From NCBI GenBank assembly GCA_904063045.1, contig CAJFCJ010000019.1:372001-436000 (forward strand): DNA of 64,000 nucleotides, read 5' to 3'. Shown piece after piece: positions 37,092 to 49,936 of the stretch. The position numbers were made by a program, and so were the translations under genes. Each line of letters starts with the position of its first letter. Within the stretch, counting starts at the first letter, position 1. The notes beneath the pieces are model-generated. The model ran no database searches and was not told where the DNA came from. It worked only from the letters and a program-made list of their open reading frames with translations. This stretch comes from Dimorphilus gyrociliatus (lineage: Eukaryota; Animalia; Annelida).

Positions 37092-37727
37092 TGTATAATA
37101 AATTCGTTTTATAAAAGTCAAATTGTTGATAATTTTTTAATTAGCTAACAAAGTAAAGTTGTTCGTGCCTGAATAAGAATTGACCTGGCGAAATTGTGAC
37201 AACCACGCAGTAAAATTGTAATTCTATATGAAAAATCGAAATATGAAGCGTACTCGAATCTCTATAGTGGCTAATCTCCATCCCTTCATACCCTCGAATC
37301 CCTTTCATTACTATTCTACTCGAAAAATCAACTATTTTCCTTAAACCGAAGAAACCTTACACACAGCAAACTAATAAACTCTTTTCTTTAAAACCAGAAA
37401 ATAAATAGCCATAACGTTCTTTTATCCTCACTTCCTGGGGAGTCTTTCCAATCTCAATAAAAAGGAATTTTCTTTCTCCTTGGTAGCGGTAAAAAAGAGT
37501 AAAATTTCCTTTCTTCATTTCCTATACAGTACTACCTAATTTAGAAAGAGATAATTATAGTAATTGAATTATTTTACTCGACAAAGCCTACGAAAGGCGC
37601 TATTTCTCATATTTCTTGTACATCCGTTCAATTAGACATTGAAATGTATTAATTTTCTTCCTTTTCTTTGTTTTCTTTTTATAAAAACGTCAAACTAATT
37701 TTCAAAATATATTAAATAATTATTTCA

Positions 37728-39444
37728 ATGTCTCATGATAGAACTTCCCCTATGTCGTCTATCTATCGTCTACAGACCGACAGAAGAGGCTACATCGACG
37801 ATCTTGCATCAAGGACGTCATCCATTATGTCATTTACAAGCGTTGCTAATCCTAGCCCGAACGAGTTAAAAGACAGTGATGAATTGGAACTTAGACAATT
37901 TTTGGAGGAAGAAGATAAGGAATTAGCCAAGTTGTTAAGCTATTGCGACGATATGAAAAAATCGAGGGTAAAAAACGAGGAAAGTGAGTACTCCATTCTC
38001 TATTTGTTAAAGCTTCTGCTATTTTCTAGATTTTCTTTTCAGAATTGCAACGTTCTTCAAGCCAAAACCTTACGAATTCACCTCACAGCGTAATTGTTCG
38101 TCGTGGAGGTCGTAGTTCAACGGATGGGGTTGTGGCTTACGAGTCCCTGGGCGGGTTTGACAAGAATTTGAGCAACACCCTAAAAATTGACATACCAGAT
38201 GTACCGAAATCAAAGAAAGAAAAACCCAAATTGCCACTAGTTACAAACCCTTATACTGGTGTCCACTTAGAGTTTGATCAAGAGGAAAGAACTCAAGAGG
38301 CTGATTATAGGCTTTTAAGAACAAAATGGAGTAGATCTTACGCTGAGGTAACTGGGGCCAAACGTGGTATGGGAGCGGTCGAATGTATTCTTCCTCAGTT
38401 ACCAGTTTTAAATTCTAACGAGGTTTGTATATTTGCAAACAATGTATATTTTTCTCTAGCCAATCTTTAGCCAACTTCAATCATAAAACTAAATTGATGC
38501 AGGTAAAGTTCATTCGACAAAAAGAAACAGGCGAACCTATATGTCTGGGATCAGGATCAAGGGCAGCGTGTTTTTTAGGGGAATTTCAGAATCATACAGT
38601 CTGCGTAAAGATTTATAATAATGCGAATGTCGTTCTGGTTGTCAAAGAGGCTAAAATGATGCAACATCTTTATCAATCTGATCCAAATATTGCTCCCAAA
38701 TTTTTTGGCTTTATACATTTAGCACCCCATTTAGAGCACCCATTCGTCAGTATTGCTTTAGTAGTAGAGTTCATTGGTGATTACGAAAGGCAACAATCGA
38801 CCAGCCTACAACAATTAGTCGATATGGAACAGGCGAGAAGGGCGGCAGGAACTCACTTTATGAGAAATGTAGAATGGTTAGCTCTACTGTTAAAAGTCGG
38901 TACCGTATTAGAACAAGTGCATCGCAAATTGATTATACTTGGTGGAATGAGAGCGAGACATATTGGATTAAAATGGAAAGGATTCGGATATGATAAACCG
39001 TGTATACTTAATGTGTTTAGGGCAAGACTTCTTTCAGTTTCTACAATTAAACATCAAAAGGATAAGGATGAAATAATAAAAATTGGTAATACCGGCCACG
39101 AGACTGATGCAACATCAATGGCTGCCTTAGTGTCCGACATAAATAAAGCACTTAAACTTGGGTTGGATGAGGCTACGTCCCATGCCAGAAGAGACGCTCC
39201 ACTTAACGATTGGTGGGGCCTTCGTGACACAATTCGATTTTTAGCAACACGGCTTAACGCGGCCCTTGGTTCAGAGGCCGGAGGCGATCGAAATAAAAAT
39301 AACACGCTTCCGTCGAAGACCGAAAAATGTTTATGGAACAAAGTTATAGAAAGCTCGAAAAATCCATCAGTTAAAAGTCCTTTGACAAATTTCAGATCAA
39401 TAGACCCTACTTCGGCCGATCTATCATCTATTCAATCCAAGTAA
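37728..39444 (+). CDS. Protein kinase-fold pseudokinase (3 exons)
   Basis: LGSGSRAAC (Gly loop), VCVK (beta3 Lys) and KEAKMM (alphaC Glu) are present. The catalytic loop reads VHRKLIILGGMRARHI and the DFG position reads ILNVFRAR. Confidence 0.75.
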
Positions 39445-39821
39445 CAAGGATACGATGACAAAAGAAATAAAACGAAAATTTATTTCTTTCAGAGACTCTC
39501 CTTAATAAAAATCTTTAAATGAGTACTAATTATATATTCTTTTGCTGTCCAATGGTGCTTTAGTAATTACTGGAATAGATTGCTAAAGAAAACGATTAAA
39601 TACATCCGCACCGAAGTGACAATAGTTAAAATTTGCTTTAGTCCAATCTTGTTGACCCATGCGATGCTGAATCAACTGGATGATCTGTGACGTAATCGTC
39701 AGTATTACCGCAAAAAACTCTCATAGCCATTTTCCAAAATCTTTCAATAATCGATCCTTTATTAGACTAATTAGGATAAGAAAAGCCTCATTTAGCCTAT
39801 CATATTTAAATTTATCAAATA

Positions 39822-40303
39822 TCAGTTTACGCTAACCTGATCTTCTGTGTACAAACCGTGATCAATGTGACAATGTTTTCGTATAAGATCTTCCAAATTA
39901 TCGCCGCTTGCCCCGCATATTTCATCAATTTTCTTCTGATGTTTATATAATACAAACGTTGGTAAAGATGTAATCCCTTGCCTTTCGGCAATGTTCTTTA
40001 TAGAACGAAAAATATTAATTATGTCAAAGCGATATTTAACAAATAGAGGTATAACCTCAAATACTTCAATGTCAAGTTTAATAAAAACAACATCTTTATA
40101 TTTGTTGGCTAGCTGTTTATACTTGGGTACCATCTTTCGACAAGGTCCACACCTAATTTATTCACTATGTTGTGTACAGTATAGAATAGTTATTAACATT
40201 ACCATGCAGCAAAAAAGTCGACAACAACAATTTTATCGTCCGCTTCTTTCAACAACTCATTAAAATGAGATTCTGATGTTAAAACTATAACTTTTCCTGT
40301 CAT
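39822..40303 (-). CDS. TXN: Thioredoxin (3 exons)
   Basis: MTGKVIVLTSESHFNELLKEADDKIVVVDFFAAW|CGPCRKMVP...FIKLDI...|NIAERQGITSLPTF; WCGPC active site and cis-Pro motif. Confidence 0.9.
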
Positions 40304-40537
40304 TACTGTTACTATTCTAATTATTTCTTTTTCATTCTTTATTTATATAATATAAAAATAAACATTCCGTTTTTTTTCAACATTTAAACACAATTTAGCC
40401 TATATTTTGTAGAAGATATACATTATTCATGAATATGCACGTATATATATACAGTTATATATATATATACCGTTTAGTTAAAATATACATAAATTTACAC
40501 GTTTGTATATAAAAGAAAAATGTTTACAAACATATTA

Positions 40538-41375
40538 TTACTGTTTTGTTGAGTTTTCTAGTGCTTGTAGTTCTTTTTCTAGCGAAATGCATGCACTCTC
40601 TATTTCATAATTTTTACCAACAAGTACCACCCAACGTTCTTCTAATTCCTTAAGATTACCACCAGTTGTCGTTTGCTCACTCTTCCTATTCCAATTTATA
40701 TCTTGAATTTCTTTCCTAAGATATAAGAAAGATAATTAGAATAGTTATTATTTTAGAACAAAGAAGAATGCGATTTTTTTAAGATCTTACTTCAAAGCGC
40801 TAAGCTGCTTCTGCGCACTGCGAAGCATGTATTGGAGGGTGTCGTTATGTTGCTTCCATACTTCAGGACCATAAGTTGATAAAAGGTTCAAGTTCATTAT
40901 TCTTAATGCCTAAGGATTAAATACAATATAATTAGGGCTAAATTAGTTATATTTTTTAATATTCTGTAAAAATATCTTTTACTTGATGTTCCAATTGAGC
41001 GTGAGAATTATTTACGCTCTCTTGCCAAGAACTAAAGTCTGTTACTTTGCCAGCTGGAGGCTGAGGTAATTCATAACGTTTCATGCTTAATACTTCCATT
41101 GGAGCTCTAGCTTGTAATCTTTCAAATTCTTGTTTCATTACGTCTGTTTCAAAAGCTGTGTAATTGGCAGAGGGTAAATGTTCCAGATAGTTTTTAGTAG
41201 GTCTATATCGACGTGTTTCTTCATCAACTAAAGATTGAGCCTGAAGCCGATTGAAATCTAACGATAATGGGGTGATATGAAATATTAAAAGAAATCTTAC
41301 AGCTTCCCTAACGCCTGGATCTTCATATCCTTGATCGTAGTAAGGCAATGCATCCACTAAAACTTCTGATGCCAT
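40538..41375 (-). CDS. BCAS2: Pre-mRNA splicing factor SPF27 (4 exons)
   Basis: [25 protein letters not shown]|[23 protein letters not shown]...[11 protein letters not shown]...NSHAQLEHQ|[10 protein letters not shown]...|[12 protein letters not shown]...KNYEIESAC. Confidence 0.96.
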
Positions 41376-42426
41376 TCTTGAGCAGAAATAGTAAGGAAGT
41401 AATAAGAAACAAAACAAAGATTATAGCCGAAAATTTGCAAACGATAGCGGTATAACAAATAGTCAAGTTCTTAAATCAAATCTTATTCAAGATTTTTCTC
41501 GGTGTCCATGGTTGAACAAATTTTCAAAATACTTTTTTACGTACTAAAACACACACATAAAATCCTAATTATACAAAATTCTTTAATATTTTAAAGAAAA
41601 AAAATAATTATAATAATATTCATATCTCCGTTTGCTTACAATTTTTATAGGTTAATTTATTATACTAATTAGTATGTTTTACATACAAATGAGTTCTATA
41701 AATTTCAGCAGTTTCTTTCGAACATTATTCAAATAGTTTAAAGGGAAATATGGTTAAACGATGAATAATACCTGTTAGGTGTATTTTAAAACTAAACTTA
41801 TAGTACAACCATTCTTGTTTCTGTGTTTTAAATTTTTAAATTCGTTTAAAGAAGTAAACCTTTTTATTGCTCTGATAAATTTAGTTTAATACATGTTTTT
41901 CAAATGTAATTTAATTACAATAATGCACAAATGCGTTTCTATGGACAATTTATTGTACTTCAATTTTTTACGGTTGTTGTAATGGGCTTTTTGAATATAA
42001 CGGCGGGTTATATATGACTCTCTGAAACTAAAAATAACTTATGATCTGTACTTTGTTTTTATGACGGAGTGATAATGGACGTTTTAGCGAATCAGCATTC
42101 TTTCTCGATAAAAAGTGATAGGATTGAGAAAGCCCTCAAAAAGAAAAATGAAGTCAGTTAAAATAGTTCGTCATAGGTTAACTACTTTTTTAATATATTT
42201 TATCCCAAATTGCTGACTATTACTAAAATATGTAAATAGATTTCACTGGAAATAATTATATAAAGCATTTGAGTCACATTTATAACTTTTAATAAATATC
42301 GCGTAGTAATACATATGACAGTTAGCGAACTTACGCGCAGCTCCGGACTTCCGGTATAATCCATTTCATTTATACCTTAATTGATAAAAGGCGTGAGTAT
42401 CCGGAATTTCTTGTAGCGTGGCATAC

Positions 42427-43827
42427 ATGACTTCATTACGCCGACAAGATCCTAGGTTAAATTGTTTCAAAGCTGATTATGCTTTGATAACAAGAATAGC
42501 GACCAACATTGACTCATCATCAAGTTATCCCTATGTTCAACAAAACTCAAAAATTGACGTACCCAGGGCAAGAGAAGAACAGGAGGAATTCATTGATGTC
42601 CTTCGTAGAATAGCTATTGATGTTATAGAATTGCCCTGTGACGAAAGACATCCAGATGGCCTATTCATTGGTGATTGTGCTGTTGTGATTAATGGAACTG
42701 CATTAATCTGTAACCCACCATCTGAAGATGGAGCCCCTCCCAGGCAAGGTGAATTAACGGTAGTAAGACAGGTGCTGAAAAAAGAGTTGGGACTGAAAAT
42801 CGTTGAAGTTGACAGCGAAAAAGGAAAGGCAGTAGTTTGTGGTTAGTAGTTCGAAAGTAATTTTGTTATTACTAGAGATATTAGACAAAAAATTATTTTT
42901 TTTAAGTTAAATATAAATTAAGTATTATATTACATTGTATCTATAAATAATGTGTATAAGTAATGTTTAAAGTGTTGATGTAATCTTATATCTACCACCG
43001 TTTAGCCTTAGATAACCTGAGTTGTAAACATTATTTTGGATAAAAATCTTGGGAATCAGTATATATATACACAAGCGTAGATTCTATATAGACATTTGAT
43101 ATTGAACACATTCTGCATATATATAAACACAATATATATAATGATAGGAAATAATATAAGATTAACTTAATGGGTCATTATCTATTCCTCCAATTTTATA
43201 CACTATTACTATTTATTAGGAATTTGTTAATCTTTCGTTCCATTCAATCAGAAGTAGATTTTCATCGTTATGCATATTTTATCTGTTGACTAGTCAAACA
43301 TTAGGTCTTAATAGTCCTTATCTATTATTCCAGGCACGGACGTTCTATGGACAGGTCGCGAAATTTTTGTTGGCATAGGGAAAAGAACCAATATTTTAGG
43401 GGCTCAATCTGTGGCAAAAGCTTTTCCTGAATACAGTACATCGATAGTAAACGTCCGCGAACCGTATCTTCATCTTAAAGACTGCGTTTCTCTATGTGGT
43501 CCTGAAATTTTGGCGATTGCTAAATCAAATGCTGCGAAAGAAATGCTAAGGGAGATGAGAAAAGCTGGCCATGGATATAAGATGATCGAAGTTGAAGAGG
43601 ATCTAGCTGCCAACACCATTTATTGTAATAATACCGTAATTCACTTGTCCAGTGATACTATACCCAGAAGTATAGGTCTGTTCAAAGATAAATTGGATTT
43701 CCAATGTGTGCCTGTTGAAATCAAAGAGCCGCTCAAAAGAGGCGCAGGCCTATCAAATATTGTTCTATTAGTTAATAAGCAGAAACATTTAAGAAGTATC
43801 ATGACTACTGCTACTTCAGCTCAGTAG
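42427..43827 (+). CDS. DDAH: Dimethylarginine dimethylaminohydrolase-like protein, predicted catalytically inactive (2 exons)
   Basis: IDVPRAREEQ, ELPCDERHPDGLFIGDCAVV, G|TDVLWTGREIFVGIGKRTN, YLHLKDCVSLCGP, EDLAANTIY and GAGLSNIVLL. Intron 42842-43333. Confidence 0.9.
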
Positions 43828-45011
43828 TACTTGGTATTACATTAATAGAATCGTATTGAATAGTCGAATTTTGCACTAAAAAATTTTACAAAGTGCTAGT
43901 AAAAAAAGAGAGAAGGTAGAAAAAAATTCGATTATCTAGTATGGAATATGATTATCTTTGGCTTATATGTTCTTTTTTTCCTTCTTTTTTTTTACGTTTG
44001 TCTGCATAAATGTACTAGTTAACTGACTAAAAAACTTGCTTAACTTACCTGTTTTTTGTTTACTAAATAAGGTGACAATTAATAATAATATGTTTCCTTG
44101 GTTTATATACTTAGAAAAAGAGATTGAACACTATTTACGAAGTAATTAATATCGAAAATTGTAAAAATTAGTTTTTTTATTATTTTATAAGAGAAAAGCT
44201 TGTTCTACTTAACCATTTAAGAAAGATTAACACACACATATATATATCTATATATACTTTTTTTGATAATCAAAAAGATAAGTTTTTGTTTTCAAGTTAC
44301 AGTTAACTAGTGTCCAAGCTAGATATTCTTCTGAGTATGAATGTATTCTGTTCATAAAAATGTATACTTAATTAATTGAAAGGTTTTAAACCTCCCGAGT
44401 TTTCTACTGTAGCTTGAATGTTATTGCTAACTGTAGCTTTTCTGCTGCATTGATATTTTTCAATTCTGAATACTGTAGATTTTTCTATAATTATTATAAG
44501 ATGTGTCTTCTACGTTGGTTTTTAGCCATTAGATTGTGCGATTAGTTACCAATACAGTGTATATTAAAAAATGAAATGAGTAAAAAAAATCATAATATGT
44601 TAATTTACTTTAAAAACTATTTTAAAAATTTACCTGAGTCAAATTTGCCCTACTTTTCCTAATATTTATATAATTATATAATATAACATACCTGTGATTA
44701 AAATACTATTCATAATAAATATTTATTGGATGTAAATTATACGAAAATAATACTAAACAAATAATAGTTAAATCATTAGAAATTTATTAATTTGTTGAAT
44801 TTTTATTGTTTAAACAAGATCAAAAGTCCATCCTCCTTTTTTTGTCTTTCCTTTGTTCAAATAATTCATAAGAAGTATAGTGTAAATACAATAATATTAG
44901 TAATTGTACACTATTCTTCGTTTAATTATTGAATATTTGTGCCAATATGAAGTATTCTTTTAATACCATCTTCAAAGTGGAAAAATTGATAAAATAATTT
45001 CTCAAACTCAT

Positions 45012-45025
45012 ACGCCATCTATGGG
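45012..45025 (-). promoter_or_regulatory. CTCF-like motif in the DDAH-LRR intergenic region
   Basis: Minus strand CCCATAGATGGCGT, isolated in AT-rich DNA. Confidence 0.45.
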
Positions 45026-46380
45026 ATTTGAATGAGAATAGTTTTTTATTTAAAAAGTTGAAAGAGACTACTCCTTAATTTAAGAATTAAGTCATTTTTC
45101 TGTAAAGTTCGAGTATAAATATGGTCAAAAAAGGTTGGTTAATAGTTGATTGTTAGTGGTTGAATATACAGTATCATACTCATGTTGGATTAACCAAGAT
45201 TAATAACAGTCCCTAGAAAAATTTATTAAAAATCCTTGATAATCTAATTTATTTTCATTTATTTTAATCATAAACTTCGAGATCAGATGTAAAATAATAT
45301 TAGAAATACCCAAATGAATACGTATTCCGAGAATGATGTGATTAGTCAGAATTTTACACACTCCCTAGGACATTGACACCGATAAAGCAATTGTGATGGA
45401 GAGAATAAGAAACAAACTGTGTTGTTAAGATGGATGGTTAATGAAAATTTTGGAGAAGAATAGAGCTTTTTTTTTTCTTTTTAAAAAAAACTCCATCAAT
45501 CTCTATGATTGATTGTTTCTTTGAACAAAAGATATTATTGATTCATATTTTTAACTTTTTAATTCCCGAGATATGCTACTTGAAAATTCATGCTATTTAC
45601 TCTCTTTATATTCTTACATTATGTAGAAATGTTGATCAATAGTAAGGAAAATAGTTCAAAGGAAATAGTTTAACGATATTATTGTATATCGTATAAATAT
45701 AGTCTTATTATAGACAGATATATGATCCATTAGTTTTTATAATAATAAAAAAATGCTCATAATACACTTCCGGTTTCTGAAAATAAAACTTTCTTTACTT
45801 TTTTCTCTCTCTATTACTCTCCCTCTCTTCTGATTTCGATTTTTATGCAAAGCGTCCATTCATTAATCGTTAAATACAACACTTCCGATCTGGAGTAATC
45901 GTAAAGCCTTGTCTCAGTAGCTATTCTTAAAAATCAGGCTAATGAGATTAAATTATCTATAAAAAAAAACTTCTATCTAATTATTCGTTATCAAGTAGAT
46001 AATTTAACAATAAGTAGTACTCGTGTAGTATGAGTTTGTACCTAGCATAGACTTTGCAGCCTAATATTGTAAATACATTTCAATACGAATGATACGATAA
46101 GATGCCTTATCTATTATAATTATACCTAATGGGTGTGAATTTCAGTCGACTTAATATCTTCGTTTGATGTTTTAAGGTAGTGTTTAGTCACGAATCGTTC
46201 AAAGAAAGATTAATCCCGGTAAATACCTTTGAAAAATAGAGTTGATTTTTCGAACAGCATAAGAATAAAATAAGGCCATTTTTGGTTGATACTAAAAGTT
46301 GACCTTTGTTCTGCGAAAACTTCTCCAGACATTTTTTTCAATTTTTTTCGTTATTAGAGAAGGAACACAGTGACATTATT

Positions 46381-47940
46381 ATGTTTCTTCATCGGATCAC
46401 AATTTTATTGCTAATATCGTGGACATCTGTTGCACTTAATTGTCCGGAAAGCTTGGATGATGTTAGATGTAGCTGCGAAAATGAAAAAAATCTTCTAAAA
46501 ATATATTGCAGAGATTGGGATAAACGAATTGTTTTTCCAGTTTTCGATAAAGAAGTACGAAAAAGCACATTTCTTTTGAATTTAGCAGATAATCGAATAA
46601 CTTCTGTAGCTAGAGAAAATTTAAGTTATTTTTTTAAACTAACTCAACTAGATATTTCCAACAATAGAATATCGCTGTTATCAACTAATTTACTTTCAGC
46701 TTGTATTGTTTTGGAAAGACTAAATCTTTCAGGAAATCTTATCTCGGAAAGATCGCTCAGTCAGAAGGTCTTTCTGCAAAATAAGAATTTAAAAATTTTG
46801 GACTTGAGTCGGAACAAATTAAGTGGAATATTATCTTATAACAACTTTGCTGGACTTGATAAATTAGATACATTAATATTGGAGCATAATGATATTAGAG
46901 GATTCCAAGCAAATACATTTAAAGACATGGTCAATTTAAAACATTTACGTTTGAATGAAAATAGACTTGATATTCTAGATACGTATTTTCAACCGTTAAA
47001 AAGTCTTGTTGCCTTGGAATTACAGTTTTGCTCTATTAAAAGGATAAGACCAATGGCGTTTAATCAATCAATTGAATTGGCAACTTTAGATTTAAGCAAA
47101 AATAGGCTAGAAGAAGTTCCTATTAAAAGCTTAAAGTTTTTAAGACATTTAACCGTCCTACTTTTAAATAAGAACAATTTTACGACAATACCATCTTATT
47201 CATTCACATTTCTTGGTAGGTTACAAGAATTACGATTATCCCATATGCAACATTTAAAAAGTGTTCAAGATTACGCATTTGACGGATTACATTCTATTAT
47301 AGAGCTTCACATGTCTAATAATCCCAAATTATCTTATATAAGTAATAAGGCTTTTCAAGAGATGGCAACTCCTAAAGTTCTTTCTTTACACTCCAACAAT
47401 TTAACTACTATAGGCAATGACGCCTTACGCTGGTACGGCATATCAGTAAAGGAGCTCTATATGAATCCTTGGAATTGTAACTGCTCTCTTAGATTCTTAA
47501 TTCACTTATTAAAGCGTAATAAAGGAAAACCCGATGAGAAAATCATTTGTCAAACACCAGCTAACTTAAAGGATAAAGCAGTTATTAATTTAAGAGATCC
47601 AGAAGTTTGTCAATCTATTGATCAATCTTCATTGGCATCTTCAAATAATACAACAAGTGATAATAGCCAAGTATGGATAATAGCTCCAATTTGCAGTATT
47701 GTTGCAGTAGTAATCATTGTTATTGTAATTGGAATTTTTATATGGAAGAAAAGGAACAAAGATAAAGGTTATCAAAGAACTCAACAGGCAAAAGAGTTTG
47801 ACGATTTTTCGGATAAGAGTAGAAGTCACTACTCGATAACTGAAGACGACGACGGTTTTGCGTGGGATGATACAACTACTGGCAATTGGGTTCCAAGGAC
47901 AGCTGAAACAAAGAACACAGGAAGTTTAATCAATGCATAA
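46381..47940 (+). CDS. Intronless LRRNT-LRR-LRRCT single-pass membrane protein
   Basis: Signal peptide, CPESLDDVRCSC cap, more than ten LxxLxLxxN repeats, NPWNCNCSL...IICQTP LRRCT cap, TM WIIAPICSIVAVVIIVIVIGIFIW, and an acidic cytoplasmic tail. Confidence 0.92.
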   Translation: MFLHRITILLLISWTSVALNCPESLDDVRCSCENEKNLLKIYCRDWDKRIVFPVFDKEVRKSTFLLNLADNRITSVARENLSYFFKLTQLDISNNRISLLSTNLLSACIVLERLNLSGNLISERSLSQKVFLQNKNLKILDLSRNKLSGILSYNNFAGLDKLDTLILEHNDIRGFQANTFKDMVNLKHLRLNENRLDILDTYFQPLKSLVALELQFCSIKRIRPMAFNQSIELATLDLSKNRLEEVPIKSLKFLRHLTVLLLNKNNFTTIPSYSFTFLGRLQELRLSHMQHLKSVQDYAFDGLHSIIELHMSNNPKLSYISNKAFQEMATPKVLSLHSNNLTTIGNDALRWYGISVKELYMNPWNCNCSLRFLIHLLKRNKGKPDEKIICQTPANLKDKAVINLRDPEVCQSIDQSSLASSNNTTSDNSQVWIIAPICSIVAVVIIVIVIGIFIWKKRNKDKGYQRTQQAKEFDDFSDKSRSHYSITEDDDGFAWDDTTTGNWVPRTAETKNTGSLINA

Positions 47941-48342
47941 ACAAATTCTATTGTTAATGACTGCTATAGGATCCTTATTTTTCATACTTTATATTGATTC
48001 AAACTTAATGTAACAAAGCATATCATTATTTAATAATAAATGTTAAATAGTATGAAAAGGTAATACTTGAAAGAATTATTCACTTTCTTTCGAATAAAAC
48101 CATTATAGCTTAATTGATTTATTTGTTGATAATCAGGATCTCAATTATACTTGTCTGTCCAGAGTCTTTGTTGATCATCTGCCAATATGCTATCTAAGCA
48201 AAACAGCATATGATCAATGACCATGCAGAGCAGAAACAATTCGAATATATAAATATAAAAGTGTTTATTAATCAGCTGAAAAATAATTGATGTCAGCAAA
48301 AATTACAATATAGTATGCGTTATAATTAGTTACAACTATTAT

Positions 48343-48702
48343 TTAACAACACAATCCTATATCGATGGATTCTCGTTCATCATCGACTCTAAACGAAGCT
48401 TGTTCAATATTACCCACGCATTTCATGTCTAGAATTTTAATAACCTTAGGCTAATTAATTTGTATGAAAATTTAAACGTTCAAATCAACTGATGGGGCAA
48501 TTATTTGTAACAAAAGCGTTTTTGTAGCCAAAAAAAAAGAAAAAAGAATAAAAAATGTTCTTTAGTTGAAGAAGAAAAAAGAAAGAAAAAAAGGGACAAA
48601 TGCTATTTTTAGGGTATTTTGACTTATTTAAATTTTTTCTTTCGTTCTTTTTCCTTTTTTTCAATTACATTCAAATGTCGTCTCTTTTGTTGGTTCGAAC
48701 AT
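48343..48702 (-). CDS. Candidate 40-aa two-exon micro-protein ending in Cys-Cys, divergent from NDUFAF8
   Basis: MFEPTKETTFE|YMKCVGNIEQASFRVDDERESIDIGLCC* via a phase-1 GTAATT...TTCTAG intron (48668-48429). No homolog recognised. Confidence 0.3.
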
Positions 48703-48835
48703 CTAATTTTGGTATTATAATAGAAATAACTATAGATGGAGCTAGTGTGTGAGCAAATAGTAGCTAACTGTGTATCATTATTGATAAATTTTCCCGCTTT
48801 TTTCCACATAAAAAAGTTTACAGTAACCACTAAAT

Positions 48836-49164
48836 ATGCGGGCGACACCAGAAAAGGCTAGGGGATTTAATCAACTTTTAAAAAATTATGGTACAAGAGT
48901 ATCTTCGTGTAAAGCCGAGGTAAGAGCTATTAGACGAGCGATAATTGGAGTTCTGCCAATGAAGTTGACACTATATATTCCAGGGGTCAATTTACGCTAA
49001 ATGTGTAACGGGAAAAGAAAAATTGGAGTTTAATAGCTGTCTGAAGGAATTCAAAGCCCTTAGCGATTGTATAAGAAAGAAGGTAAAGTTCTCGGAAGGT
49101 TATGTCCAATTTAAATGTAGTCTGTCAAAACCTCTTTTTCGCTTTGCAGATGTTGAAAAGATGA
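48836..49164 (+). CDS. NDUFAF8: Complex I assembly factor 8 (twin CX9C protein, 3 exons, 65 aa)
   Basis: Exons 48836-48919, 48984-49082 and 49150-49164 give MRATPEKARGFNQLLKNYGTRVSSCKAEGSIYAKCVTGKEKLEFNSCLKEFKALSDCIRKKMLKR. Two exact CX9C motifs match NDUFAF8 (CxAEAxxYGxC...CxxEFxALxxC). Confidence 0.85.
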
Positions 49165-49645
49165 ATGAGTCGAGAGACTTTGAGGTTGTAGACATTCATT
49201 GTTTACTATAGGGCTCTAAGAAGTATATGCAGGTAGCATTTATTTAACGCAAATTATCCGAAAGGCAACAGCTGCATGCTTGTGCAGTTTAACGAGCCCG
49301 AATAATGCGAGATTTTCCTTGTTCCATATTTTTTTTTAATTGTATAGAAAATAAAGCAGCTGAAAAAAAAAAGTTAAATAAATGGTTATGGTGAAAGTCT
49401 AGGAAGTGTGAAGAGTCATTCTAACTGTTGAGCGCCGACAAAAGGCTTTTGGCGGACACCGAAATCGAGTCGGTCAAATAAAAGTGACGTTAATGTGTCA
49501 TGCCGTCTGCCCCGCAACATCTGATATCGACTTATAATTTACGGATATATTTATCAACCAGTTCATTTATAGATCGGTTATCGCTTATCTGTAAACGTTT
49601 AAGAAAAAGTAGTTGAATTGAGACGTCAAAAGTGACACAGTAAAG

Positions 49646-49936
49646 CAGGTGCGACCCGCCTCGCGAGCTGTAAATAATTGGATCATACTCATTTTTCCGG
49701 CGATCACAGGCCACCAGGTGTCGTTAAGATGACTTCGACGCGTGTTCGGACGTTACTCTAAACGACTTCTTAGGATACGTTTAGGAAAAGGGATAAAACG
49801 TCCATTACGTAAGAACAAAGTACACCGCAAAATTTTGCAGATGCGCGCGTGCACCTGATTAGCAATCAATGGTGCTTATGCTCGGAAATCCGTCGCCAAT
49901 CACCAAATTCACTACAGGTGTGAGAGGCGCCAGATG
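49646..49936. promoter_or_regulatory. Cluster of six class I/II bHLH E-boxes (candidate proneural enhancer of Gfi/senseless)
   Basis: CAGGTG at 49646, 49715 and 49915; CACCTG at 49852; CAGATG at 49838 and 49931. Confidence 0.55.

Noticed and set aside
45303-45428. Possible mini-exons KYPNEY|DIDTDKAIVMERIRNKLCC*
   Set aside because: No phase-compatible upstream exon with a good donor was found, and TGTTGTTAA is common in AT-rich DNA.
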